Part shown: piece after piece, positions 36,525 through 48,262 of the stretch | Layout of the letters: every line of letters begins with the position of its first letter | Numbering within the stretch: the stretch's first letter is position 1 | From: Eledone cirrhosa | Taxonomy: Eukaryota | Direction of reading: 5' to 3' | Length of the DNA: 64,000 nucleotides | Assembly (NCBI GenBank): GCA_964016885.1 | Contig: OZ024743.1 | Location: 290,160,001-290,224,000 of the forward strand | Program-made: the position numbers and the translations under genes | The notes under the pieces: generated by a model | What the model saw: only the letters and a program-made list of their open reading frames with translations | The model's database searches: none | Told to the model about the DNA's origin: nothing

Positions 36525-38509
36525 ATGGCTAATTCCCCTCTGCACGAAGCAGCTGAAAGCCTTCCTCACAAAATAACACCTCACACCGACACCACCATTG
36601 TAAATGTTACTACGTTTGCCAACACAAAAAAAAATATAAGCAGTAGCAATATTTTAAATTTGTCTCAGGCAGACATTCATTTCCCGCCATTACCAATGAC
36701 TGCAGGTGTTAAACCCTCCACCACCACCACCACCGCGACAACCACCACCACCACCACCACCGCGACAACAGAAACAAAAGAAGAAAAAAATAAATTAACT
36801 CGTGACGTCGAAATGAAATCAAGCAAAATGGACTCTTCCCCACCAAAGACGACTGACGTCACCACCACCACAACTGAAAATAAAATTAATATTAACGATA
36901 GCAACAACAACAACAATGACATTATAAAACCGACCCTCAGTTTCGCCATCGTAGCAAAACAATTCGAAGCGTTCACGGTAACTCAAGAAGATTTAGAAAA
37001 TGCCAAACAAATGGTAAAGAAAGATGGGTACAGGGTCAGCCTCACCCCTCCACCTAATAAAATGGAGCAACGGCGCCTGTGCACCGTGTCGTATAGAACA
37101 ATAAATGTAAAATCGCGCCGAGTGGAACGGGCATCCGAGTCCCAAATCCAAAAAGCTTTGGGACATGTGTGGGCAAGAAAAACCCACATCAAACGTGGGC
37201 AAAAGTATGGAACCGTGGATGTGTTCTTTGAAACACCAGAGGAGGCTAGAGAACACTCCATGGCCCCATTAAAAAGTGACGACCTCACACTCGTCCCAAG
37301 CTATTGTGGCCAGAGACTCGTAAAGATCAGGGTGACCCACGTTCCACCGTCCATCGAAATTCCCTGGCTAATAGCGGCTGTCCTCGCCGGCATCGAAGCC
37401 AACACAAAAATAATAGCAATAGCAAAAGAAAAGCAGGAAAACTGGTCCGGATCTGGGATGGAGCTCCTGATCCAAGCGGACCAAAAAAGCATTGAGGAGA
37501 TCCCAGAGGTAATAGACCTCACTGACGGCAGCCACCTCACGGTAATTGTCGAGGGCAGAAGACCTAGGTGTGTCGTTTGTGGTGAAGGAACCCACCTAAG
37601 GGCTTTCTGCCCTCAGGCTAAAAGGTTGAGGCCACCTCTCCTACCCACCCCAGTGACACAACCATCAACACCACCAGTAGCAGAAATGGCAGCAATAACT
37701 GTAGCAGCAACAACAGAAGCAACTATAACAGCAACAACCCCAGCAACAGTAGCAAAACCAACAACACTACCACCACCAGCAAAACCAACACCACCACCAC
37801 CCAACGCTTCAGAACTAGCACCAGCGCCTACACCATCCACTACACCACAACCAAAACTAACGGCTGTGGAGGATTTTCCACTCCCCGGCCTATCACAACT
37901 GGAGACAGATTGTGACGACGAGGAGTGGGAAACGATATCCGGAAAAAAAAAAGAAACCAAAAAAGAAAAAATTCTCTTCCTTCCCCCTCCAAAAACAAAA
38001 TACAGAGGGAAACAAATAAACTAAGAAACAAAAAAGTTAGGACAGATATGCCACCATCCACACCAGCATCACCAACCCCATCAACCCAAACACCAAACCC
38101 ATCACCATCATTATCCCCAGCACCACCATCACCTACACCACAAAAGTCACCAAAAAGCGAAACAGAAACAAACCCACAACAAACGCAAACAAAACAAAAC
38201 AACCAAAACGATACACACTACACAGCATTAAATTTGAACAACAAGCAATTATTACACTACATCCAACACAACACCAGCATCACAGAAAAAGACTACACAA
38301 CAACCCCAAAATTCACACCACCTCCACACATACAAATCACTCGCATCACACAGAAAACGTACACGACACTAAAACAAAAAATCCCCAAAGACATCGGAGA
38401 CTTCCGACAAGCACTCTCCAGGAGGATTTATAAGGACATCCTTCCTGAGGAGGCCACAAGCAGTGAAAAGGATGGAAAAGCCGTCCTTCCCCTACGAGAA
38501 GTAAGGTAA
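36525..38509 (+). CDS. Tx1-like ORF1 (gag-like, zinc knuckle); one frameshift at A-run ~37943-37952
   Basis: CVVCGEGTHLRAFC (CX2CX4HX4C). ORF 36525-38024 continues in the 37925-38509 frame. Homologous to ORF1 of copies B and C. Confidence 0.8.
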
Positions 38510-38543
38510 GTGGTCTTTCCCATCTTTTCCACTCCTTTTCAAC

Positions 38544-41500
38544 ATGACCTCACTCAGAATAGGCAGCATAAATGCGCGTGGCTTGGGGTCGTCATGGAAG
38601 CAGGGCCACCTGCTCAACGACCTCAGGTCACTAAACATAGATGTAGTGGCCATCAGCGAGACCAGAATCTCCGAAGCACAGGCTTTCGCACCGATCTTCG
38701 GCGGCTACGATGTGTACGCATCTCCCAGCCGTCCGGGATCGGGGGGAGGAGTTGCTGTGCTTTTTCGGAGAGGTTTGGATCTTGCCATACGGGCCATCTT
38801 CCTGGACCCAGAAGGTAAGTTGGTGGTGCTGGACGTGACCAGCGGAGACGGGCAAGCTTTCAGGTTAGTGGCCGTCTATGCCCCGACAGGAGCAGGGCGG
38901 CCTGATTTCTTCCGGCGTCTGGAGACCTTTCTTGGAACGTCCCGCTCTTTAGTGTTAGTGGGCGACTGGAACGGGATCTTAGATGCACGCTGGGATTGTG
39001 TGGGATTAGTGGATAGGGAAGGAGGGTGCAAGAGTCTCACCAACCTGCTCAGACGTTTTGAACTGTCTGACAGGTACCGAATGGATTTCCCGAATGTACC
39101 AATGTGGACTTGGACAAATCGCATAGGGTCATCCAGATCATATCTAGATAGAGTATTTTGTAGGAAAATAGATAGGTCTAGCATAGGCTGTCCACAATTC
39201 AAGATAGTCAGCTACACGGACCACAAATTCGTGATCTGTGTGCTTGACTTAGATAGGCTTCATAGACGAGGACCCGGCTACTGGAAGCTAAACGCGTCCT
39301 TACTAGCGCGCAAGGCCTACAGAGACCGGATTAGCGAACTAGTTAAGCGGGCGTTGACTGGGGCCATCGTCAACAACAAGTGGTGGTTTGCTCTGAAAAG
39401 AGCAATTAGAATAGAGTCCATTAGGTTTAGTAAGACTTTAGCAATAGAGAAAAATAGAGCAGAGGGAGAATTAGTTAGAAAATTAGATGAGGCGCTTAGC
39501 AAAGGCATCGCGACCGACGTACTTGCGGCGAAATTGGCCCTTGACCAATTCTTCAATGCAAAGCACGAAGGCTGCGTTGTCAGAGCTAGGGTGCGTGCTC
39601 TCAGACACGAGGGGACGAAAGCCGTTCAATGGGCGCGAGTGGCGGAGGCGCGTCGTGGCAACAAAGCCACGATCCGGTCTTTGGTGGACCACGACGGGCG
39701 CATGCTACTCGATCCCGGGAAAATGTGTGAAGCTTTTCAGCGACACTTCGCTCAACTGTTCGGGGGCAGTGGCGGGCCGGATCGAGGGATGGACTTTAGT
39801 GTCTACCTCGACGGACTGCCGCGGCTTTCGGCCACTGAGGCGGAGTGTTGCGAAAAGCCGATAACAACCGCTGAAGTACGGGATGCAATGACTAGTTGCA
39901 CAAGGGGCAAATCGCCTGGTTTGGATGGTCTGCCCTATGAACTTTACGTACAAATGCCAAACTTGTTCGGAGGCCTCTTGGCGGACGTCTACTGCAACTG
40001 GCAACAGAACGGGAGAATTCCCAGCTCTGTGAGCCGAGGAGCGGTGGCGCTGCTGAGAAAGGATCCGAACAAGGGGGATAACATAGATAATTTTAGGCCC
40101 ATAACTCTGCTAAAAACAGAGTTCAAGATTTTGACCAAGGTGCTAGCAAAGAGGTTGGCGCTTGTCGTTGGTGGTCTGGTGGGAGAGGCACAGACATGCG
40201 CCATTCCCGACAGATCCATCCACGACAACCTCCACCTCATGCGATACATCGTAGAGAGGGTAGCTAGGGAACCTGACACGGGTGGGTCTTTGATCAATTT
40301 AGATCAGTCGAAAGCCTTCGATAGGGTCGACCATCGTTACCTAGCGGCAGTCCTGAGGGCGGCTGGCTTTGGGCCCGTCTTCAGAGGCTGGATCGCTGCC
40401 ATGCACAGCGACATCTGCTCTGTAGTGAGAGTGAACGGTCACCTTTCGGAATCGTTCAACATCATGCGCTCGGTCCGCCAAGGATGTCCCCTCTCGTCCC
40501 TATTGTACGTATTGACTCTCGAGCCATTACAGCACAAACTGGAGACGTTGAGGGGTGTCCCGCGCGAACTAGGATGCGGAAGATCCGTGTCAGCATATGC
40601 CGACGATGTCACCGTAGTGGTGTCGAACGCCAAACACATCGAGGCGATCGGCACTACACTAAGAGAATACGAAGCGGTGACAGGAGCAATGATCAACCAG
40701 GAAAAGTCAGTGGGCCTGCAGCTCGGCACCTGGAGAGGCAGGTCCATGCCGTCCAACAGCGTCGTCGGGCGCTGGACGGACGGACCGGTTAAATTGCTAG
40801 GGGTCTGGTTCGGTCCAGACCTCCAGACGGACAAAAACTGGGACGAGGTGACGAGCAGGGTGGCTTCTCTCACCCAGAAATGGGCCGAGAGGAAGCTATC
40901 CCTGAAAGGTCGAGCGGAGGTGGCGAATGCGTACATCGCATCCGTCATCTACTACCGCCTGACCGTCGTACCTTGTCCTAAGCCCCGCCTGACTGCGCTG
41001 GAGCGTTTGCTCTTTCGCTTATTGTGGAAGGGACGCGCTCCGATGGTCAGGCGGTCCATCTGCTGTCAACACCCGCTACGTGGACGGCTGGGCATGCCGT
41101 GGCTGATGATGCGCAGACACGCGCTCAGGCTACGACATCTCCACCTCTTCCTCGACGGTGATCAGGTGTGGTCGCCGTTTGCAAGACACGTTTTTCCCCA
41201 GCTCGTCTCCTTGACGGAGCTGCAGTCCTGGGTCAAGCGAAGACCGAGAGGGAGCGCTTGGAGACTGGAATGTCTTCAGGCGCTCACAGCCCTCGACCAA
41301 TCGGGCAATGTGATCGGTGGAAACTCCACCTTGGCGTTCTATAGGGGATTAGTGGAGGGGAAGAGCGACGACGTACTTGGAGAAACTCTAGGCGTCGACG
41401 AAAATCAACTAGCCAATCTCTTCGGAAGGACTTTCGGGCCGGGGCCTATGGACAACTTCCAGAAATCCCTGGCCTGGCAGTGCTACCGAGGAGCTTTGCC

Positions 41501-41963
41501 AGTTCGGGATAAACTCTACAGGCATGGAGGTGCCGTCAGCCGGGCATGTCCGAGATGCGCGCAGGGCGACGAAACCGTCCTGCACGCACTCGTCCAGTGT
41601 CCGAGCATTGCTGACTTGTGGGTTTATGTCGAACACCTGCTGTCACGTGTAGGACCTATCCAGCTATCAGCTGAGTCCATCGTGAGGATTGCCCCGCCCC
41701 CTTCATTTAGCCTGGAAGGGCAGACAGTTTTTATCTGTCTGGTGGCCATGGCGAAAGAGATAGTATGGTGGACACGTTTGAAAGGGCTGGAGACGAGCAC
41801 TTACCTCTTCGGTGATGCCCTGATTAACTTTTTCAAATTTCATTTGAAAAGGAAAATCAGGGTAGAGAGGGAAGTGCTCTCTTCCCAGCATTTTGTTGAA
41901 AGATGGGTGAGAGAAGCAAGTATGGCCCGAATGAATGGGCCTTCTCTGAGTATGTGTCTGTAA
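38544..41963 (+). CDS. Tx1/L1-like ORF2: APE endonuclease + RT + C-terminal CCHC, intact 1139 aa
   Basis: SINARGL, ISET, VYAP, GDWN, SYLDR, TDHK, GYWKLN, SPGLDGL, RPITLL, DQSKAFDRV, RQGCPLS, YADD, CPRC..ETVLHALVQC. Confidence 0.96.
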   Translation: MTSLRIGSINARGLGSSWKQGHLLNDLRSLNIDVVAISETRISEAQAFAPIFGGYDVYASPSRPGSGGGVAVLFRRGLDLAIRAIFLDPEGKLVVLDVTSGDGQAFRLVAVYAPTGAGRPDFFRRLETFLGTSRSLVLVGDWNGILDARWDCVGLVDREGGCKSLTNLLRRFELSDRYRMDFPNVPMWTWTNRIGSSRSYLDRVFCRKIDRSSIGCPQFKIVSYTDHKFVICVLDLDRLHRRGPGYWKLNASLLARKAYRDRISELVKRALTGAIVNNKWWFALKRAIRIESIRFSKTLAIEKNRAEGELVRKLDEALSKGIATDVLAAKLALDQFFNAKHEGCVVRARVRALRHEGTKAVQWARVAEARRGNKATIRSLVDHDGRMLLDPGKMCEAFQRHFAQLFGGSGGPDRGMDFSVYLDGLPRLSATEAECCEKPITTAEVRDAMTSCTRGKSPGLDGLPYELYVQMPNLFGGLLADVYCNWQQNGRIPSSVSRGAVALLRKDPNKGDNIDNFRPITLLKTEFKILTKVLAKRLALVVGGLVGEAQTCAIPDRSIHDNLHLMRYIVERVAREPDTGGSLINLDQSKAFDRVDHRYLAAVLRAAGFGPVFRGWIAAMHSDICSVVRVNGHLSESFNIMRSVRQGCPLSSLLYVLTLEPLQHKLETLRGVPRELGCGRSVSAYADDVTVVVSNAKHIEAIGTTLREYEAVTGAMINQEKSVGLQLGTWRGRSMPSNSVVGRWTDGPVKLLGVWFGPDLQTDKNWDEVTSRVASLTQKWAERKLSLKGRAEVANAYIASVIYYRLTVVPCPKPRLTALERLLFRLLWKGRAPMVRRSICCQHPLRGRLGMPWLMMRRHALRLRHLHLFLDGDQVWSPFARHVFPQLVSLTELQSWVKRRPRGSAWRLECLQALTALDQSGNVIGGNSTLAFYRGLVEGKSDDVLGETLGVDENQLANLFGRTFGPGPMDNFQKSLAWQCYRGALPVRDKLYRHGGAVSRACPRCAQGDETVLHALVQCPSIADLWVYVEHLLSRVGPIQLSAESIVRIAPPPSFSLEGQTVFICLVAMAKEIVWWTRLKGLETSTYLFGDALINFFKFHLKRKIRVEREVLSSQHFVERWVREASMARMNGPSLSMCL

Positions 41964-42222
41964 ATTAAAGGTGGAAAACTGGGAGAGGGCACTTGCCTTG
42001 GTGGTCAGGGTCATTGTGGCTTTTTACTGGGCTTTCTCCACAAATGTCCCTCCGAAGTCTCCCCCCTATTGGGGAATTTTTCATTGTTATTTTCATTGTT
42101 ATTTTTGTTACATCCTCTGTTTTTGTTTTTTACACGCAGAAATGCCCATTTGTACCGTCCTGCATTGTCCAGCACTGTCCTTAATGTCTACTTTATGTAA
42201 ACCCTTGTGGTTAATAAAGAAA

Positions 42223-42260
<38 letters not shown>

Positions 42261-45200
42261 GTTATTGTTATTCCTTGAATCTCAGTCATTGATGTTGGTT
42301 AACTGGAAAGTCCGTTGGATTGAATATCAAGCCACTACCTGCAGCCTCAGATATTCAGGACGTATCGGAGGGTTCTTGCCGTTCTAAGCAAGCATGCCTT
42401 TTGAAGCGTTCCAAAAAGCGTGAAGGGGCCGATTTTCTTTAACCATCCCTGGAAACCTTTGGAGATAGTCCCCAGTGCGCCTATGACAATCGGGATCACT
42501 TTGACTTCATGGCAGTTCCAAATCCTTTTCACCTCCCACTTTAGGTCCTGGTATCGGTTAATTTTCTCCCTCTCCTTCTCTTGCACTCTCGTGTCGAACG
42601 GGCAGGCCACATCCACAATCAGGCACGATCTTTTTTCTTTGTCCACAACCACCAGGTCAGGTCTATTGTGTTCCAGTTTTTTGTCCGGCTGCATCCTAAA
42701 ATCCCACAGCACCTTCACCTGACTGTTCTCCATCACCGCCTCTGGCCTATGCTCATACCATTTCTCAGAATGTGGTAGATTGTTTACTTTGCACAGGTGC
42801 CAGTGGATCACCCTGCCCATCACATCGTGTCTCCAGCCCTTATAGTGGGTCTGGGCTAGGTGTTTACACTCGGACACAATGTGAGCCACAGTCTCCTCTC
42901 TCTCTCCACAGATCCTGCACAGTGGGCTAGCCTCCTCCTTGTAGATATGGTGCTTCAACCACTTTGTTTTGAGGGCCTGCTCCTGCGCAGCCATTAGCAT
43001 TCCTTCTGTAGCCTTTTTGAGGTCTCCTCTTCTCAACCAGTTCCATGTCTGTGGATCTCTAAATTCAGTTTTCTCAAAGAAGGTACTATGAAGGGATTTT
43101 CCCTTAAGGCTGCTCTTCCTCCTTGAGGTTATTTCCTCCTTGGGTATCCCCTGGCCTACTGTCCCCTCCTTCAGTACAGCTCTGAGCATTGGCTCCTTAC
43201 TATAGGTCACGTATTTGTATAGGTTGTTTTTCTCCATCTGAACACAGTCCTCTATGCTGATAAGACCTCTTCCACCCTCAGATCTCCTTAGGTAGAGTCT
43301 ATCGACATCACTCCTCTTGTGGAACATGTTGTAGATAGTCAATAGCTTCCTAGGCTTCCTATCCATTTCTTTTTGTTCAGCAACATTCCATCTCAGGATT
43401 CCCGCACTGTACCTAATAATAGACACAGCTCGGGAATTTACTGCGCTTATGGCATTTCTGCTGTTCAGATGTGACTTCAATACGCTCCTTACTCTCCGAA
43501 TGTATTCAGTTCTTAACAATTCCTTCATTTTTTTGTTCTTTATGCCATCAGCCTCCAGAACGCCCAAATACTTGTATCCTTCCTCAGAGTCAATTTCCTT
43601 TATCATCTCACCTGTTGGTATCTGGATCCCGTTACTTCTGCTCAACCTACCCCTCCTCATAACAATGACTCCACATTTACCAATACCAAACTGCATACAT
43701 ATATCACTGCTGAAAATACGGACAGTGTCAACAAGCACATCCAACTCCTTCTCACTTTTCCCGAAGAGCTTAAGATCGTCCATGAAGAGGAGGTGATTGA
43801 TGGTAAGCTCTCCCCTTCCCAACTTGTATCCTGCTCTCACTTTTCGCAGCATAATGGTCAAGGGCATCAGGGCAAGGACAAACAACAGAGGGGACAGGCT
43901 ATCTCCCTGGAAGATACCTCTCTTGATCTTCACGCTTCCCAAGGATACTCCAGTTGATGTCAACTCTGTCTCCCAGGACCCCATACTCCTGCCCAGCAAC
44001 TGTCTGATGTTATCTGCCACCCTGAAGATCTCCAGGCTTTTGGTGATCCAGGAATGAGGCACCATGTCAAATGCCTTTCTGTAGTCTATCCATCCCATGG
44101 CAAGATCAGTGTGTCTCCTCCTGCAATTCCCCATTACCATCTTATCAATAAGCAACTGGTCCTTTGTACCACGTGACTTCTTTCGGCATCCTTTCTGTTC
44201 GTCCGGCAACAAGTTGTTTGTGTGGAGGTGATGGTAGATTTCCTCAGACACAATGCTCGTCAACAGTTTCCACATTACGGGCAGACATGTGATAGGTCTA
44301 TAGTTGATAACATCATTACCCTTGATTCGGTCTTTCATTATCAGAACTGTGGTACCTTTTGTCAACCACTCTGGCACCTCACCCGACACCAAGCAGTCAT
44401 TGAACATGGCCGTCAGCTTCGGGTGGAGGGATGTTAAATGTTTAATCCAATACCCCTGCACACCATCTGGGCCTGGTGATTTCCAGTTGGTTAGTTTTTT
44501 GGCTTGCCCCTTAAGAGTTTCAACTGTGATACTCAAATCAGTCTGTTGCTGTGCCTGCTCACCGATCTCCCTCTGTACTGTCTCAATCCACCCTGCCTGG
44601 GCATTGTGTCTAACATCCTGCTCCCATATTCCTCTCCAGAATGTTTTAGCTTGTTCCGCCCCAGGGATCAAGTCGTTGCCTCTTTCTTTCCCCTCAAGCT
44701 GTCCAAACAGCATCTTCTGGTTGTTGTCGAACATGCGGTTCTGTTTATACTGACTGACTCTGTTCTCGTATCGCCTGATTTTGGCACTCTTTGCTACAAT
44801 GCGTTGCTTCAATTCCTCTATGATAATATTTAGCTTTTTACTCCTAGTTTTGTATTTTATTTCCAGTCTATTTTAAGTGCCTATGTTTTTTAGTGTCCCA
44901 TTCAGTAGTGACTCAAGCTTTCCTATGTCATTTCTCATTTCCCCGATTTGCCCACTCAGTCGCTTCCTCCACCACGGCTCTGCTCTTTCTTGTCTGTTGT
45001 TTCCTCTCGCTTTTATACCAAGTAGTTTCCTCACCGTATTTGCTGTTGCTTTGAGGATATTGTTGCACTGGTGAAGACTCCTCGCCTCAAGGTATGGGAT
45101 GACTTTGTTTACCTTAGCTGTTGTTTCTTTTAACTTTTTCCTGTCTACAAATCTTAGGTTCATAGGTCTCCCACTATCATTGTTCAACTCATCTACCACT

Positions 45201-46003
45201 AAATTTAGGATGTCAACCGAATCTTGTCCTAGCCCGTCAGCATTCATCTCCTCAGTGGCCGTATCTCTGTTCCAGGTATTATTTATCTCAGTATTCAGAT
45301 CATTGTCTGCTTCGGGTGGTTCCTCCGTTCTCAGGACCTCCTCACCTTCATTTCCCGCCGGCTCGCTTGTCTGGCATACTACACCCGCCATCTCCAAGCC
45401 ATTCTCTCTGCTCAGTTCCTCCAGTTCCAGCTCGCTTATCCACCCATTAGTTCTTATTACCCGAGCCTGCCCGGCCAATTTTTGTTCATCTAATTTAAAT
45501 AAACCAATCTCGTTCCAGATGTTATGCATCCGTCTCCTGTAGCCCCTCTCCTTGGGGTTACTTTTCAGGTAGCATTGCATAACAGTTCTATTCAATTCTT
45601 TCGTCCAGTTGGTTCTGGCCCCTTTCCTTCTTCTTCTTCCTCCAACATCAGCAGTATTTGGTTGACAGTCAGGTTCCTGCTGCTGAGCCAGGGGGCACCT
45701 GTTGGGTGAGAGTCTGTCACATGACGTTCTAGTCTCCATTTCACCGTTATTCGAACTGTTTATGTTCGATATTTAAACACTCTTATCGAGGATTGGCGAA
45801 TGTATGTTTACATAGCCATCTGTGGATCCGCCATCCCACTTGGCCCTTGTGTGGCATTATCACCACGCTGTATACGGACACACATAAACAAACAAACACA
45901 CGGGCAGAAAGGGCCCAAAAAATGAATAAGCATAAGTTTCATTGTAATGTAGTATTCGAATGTCTGACTTCGTTTTTGTTTTTTAAGTTTTACTTTTTCC
46001 CCG
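42261..46003 (-). mobile_element. R4/Dong-like RLE retrotransposon, copy 2 (full length)
   Basis: Single reading frame 45739-42347; 5' end ggggaaaaagtaaaac shared with copy 1; (TAA)n on both sides. Confidence 0.95.
42347..45739 (-). CDS. R4-clade protein (N-terminal domain, RT, CCHC, RLE) with one in-frame TAA at 44873-44875
   Basis: WTKELN..CY..GYRRRM..W, SPGPDG, YRPITCL, DYRKAFD, GIFQGDSLSP, FMDD, YKYLG, GGRGL, CRIC..ETVAHIVSEC, RHD, RPDLV..DVACP, KINRYQDL. Confidence 0.9.
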
Positions 46004-46078
<75 letters not shown>

Positions 46079-48243
46079 GTTGTTATTCCTTGAATCTCAG
46101 TCATTGATGTTGGTTAACTGGAAAGTTCGTTGGATTGAATATCAAGCCACTACCTGCAGCCTCAGATATTCAGGACGTATCGGAGGGTTCTTGCTGTTCC
46201 AAGCAAGCATGCCTTTTGAAGCGTTCCAAAAAGCGTGAAGGGGCCGATTTTCTTTAACCATCCCTGGAAACTTTTGGAGATAGTCCCCAGTGCGCCTATG
46301 ACAATCGGGATCACTTTGACTTCATGGCAGTTCCAAATCCTTTTCACCTCCCACTTTAGGTCCTGGTATCGGTTAATTTTCTCCCTCTCCTTCTCTTGCA
46401 CTCTCGTGTCGAATGGGCAGGCCACATCCACAATCAGACACGATCTTTTTTCTTTGTCCACAACCACCAGGTCAGGTCTATTGTGTTCCAGTTTTTTGTC
46501 CGTCTGTATCCTAAAATCCCACAGCACCTTCACCTGATCGTTCTCCTTCACCGCCTCTGGCCTATGCTCATACCATTTCTCAGAATGTGGTAAATTGTTT
46601 ACTTTGCACAGGTGCCTGTGGATCACCCTGCCCATCACATCGTGTCTCCAGCCCTTATAGTGGGTCTGGGCTAGGTGTTTACACTCGGACACAATGTGAG
46701 CCACAGTCTCCTCTCTCTCTCCACAGATCCTGCACAGTGGGCTAGCCTCCTCCTTGTAAATATCGTGCTTCAACCACTTCGTTTTGAGGGCCTGCTCCTG
46801 CGCAGCCATTAGCATTCCTTCTGTAGCCTTTTTGAGGTCTCCTCTTCTCAACCAGTTCCATGTCTGTGGATCTCTAAATTCAGTTTTCTCAAAGAAGGTA
46901 CTATGAAGGGATTTTCCCTTAAGGCTGCTCTTCCTCCTTGATGTTATTTCCTCCTTGGACATCCCCTGGCCTACTGTCCCCTCCGTCAGTACAGTTCTGA
47001 GCATTGGCTCCTTACTATAGGTCACGTATTTGTATAGGTTGTTTTTCTCCATATGAACACAGTCCTCTATGCTGATAAGACCTCTTCCACCCTCAGATCT
47101 CCTTAGGTAGAGTCTATCGACATCACTCCTCTTGTGGAACATGTTGTAGATAGTCAATAGCTTCCTAGTCTTCCTATCCATTTCTTTTTGTTCAGCAACA
47201 TTCCATCTCAGAATTCCCGCACTGTACCTAATAATAGACACAGCTCGGGAATTTACTGCACTTATGGCATTCCTACTGTTCAGATGTGACTTTAATACGC
47301 TCCTTACTCTCCGAAGGTATTCAGTTCTTATCAATTCCTTCATTTTTTTGTTCTTGATGTCATCAGCCTCCAGAACGCCCAAATACTTGTATCCTTCCTC
47401 AGAGTCAATTTCCTTTATCATCTCACCTGTTGGTATCTGGATTCCGTTACTTCTGCTCAACTTACCCCTCCTCATCACAATGACTCCAAACTTACTAATA
47501 CCAAATTGCATACATATATCACTGCTGAAAATACGGATAGTGTCAATAAGCACACCCAACTCCTTCTCACTCTTCCCGAAGAGCTTAAGATCGTCCATGA
47601 AGAGGAGGTGATTGATGGTAACCCCTCCCTTTCCTGACCTGTATCCTGCTCTCATTTTCGCCGTACACTGGTCAGGGGCATCAGGGAAAGGACAAACAAC
47701 AGAGGGGACAGACTATCTCCCTGGAAGATACCTCTCTTGATCTTCACGCTTCCCAAGGATTCTCCAGTTGATGTTAACTCTGTTTCCCAGGACTACATAC
47801 TTTTGCCCAACAACTGTCTGATGTTATCTGCCACCTCCAAGATCTCCAGGCTTTTGGTGATCCAATAACGAGGCACCATGTCAAATGCCTTTTTGTAGTC
47901 TATCCATCCCATGGCAAGACCAGTGTGTCTCCTCTTGCAATTCCTCATTACTATCTTATCAATAAGTAACTGGTCCTTTGTACCACGTGACTTCTTTCGG
48001 CATCCTTTCTGTTCGTCTGGTAACAAGTTGTTTGTGTGAAGGTGATGGTAGATTTCCTGAGACATAATGCTTCTCAACAGTTTCCACATTACTGACAGAC
48101 ATGTGATAGGTCTATAGTTGGTAACATCATTACTCTTGATTCGGTCTTTCATTATCAGAACTCTGGTACCTTTTGTCAACCACTCTGGTACCTCACCTGA
48201 CATCAAGCAGTCATTGAACATGGTTGTCAGTTTCGGATGGAGG
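46079..48243 (-). mobile_element. R4/Dong-like copy 3, 5'-truncated and more diverged
   Basis: ORF pieces 47793-48221 and 46162-47655 with a stop and a frameshift; same 3' end; (TAA)n flanks. Confidence 0.93.
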
Positions 48244-48262
48244 TATTATTATTATTATTATT

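Larger units (their letters stand above)
36316..42224 (+). mobile_element. Full-length Tx1/L1-like LINE, copy A
   Basis: 5' UTR, ORF1, ORF2, and a 3' UTR ending aataaagaaatc; (ATT)n on both sides. Confidence 0.95.

Noticed and set aside
37940-37955. Programmed ribosomal frameshift in Tx1 ORF1 A-run
   Set aside because: Copy C reads through the equivalent region; homopolymer slippage or sequencing error is simpler.
32182-46003. Simple assembly duplication of Dong copies 1 and 2
   Set aside because: The copies differ by many SNPs and a 490-bp deletion and have different neighbours.
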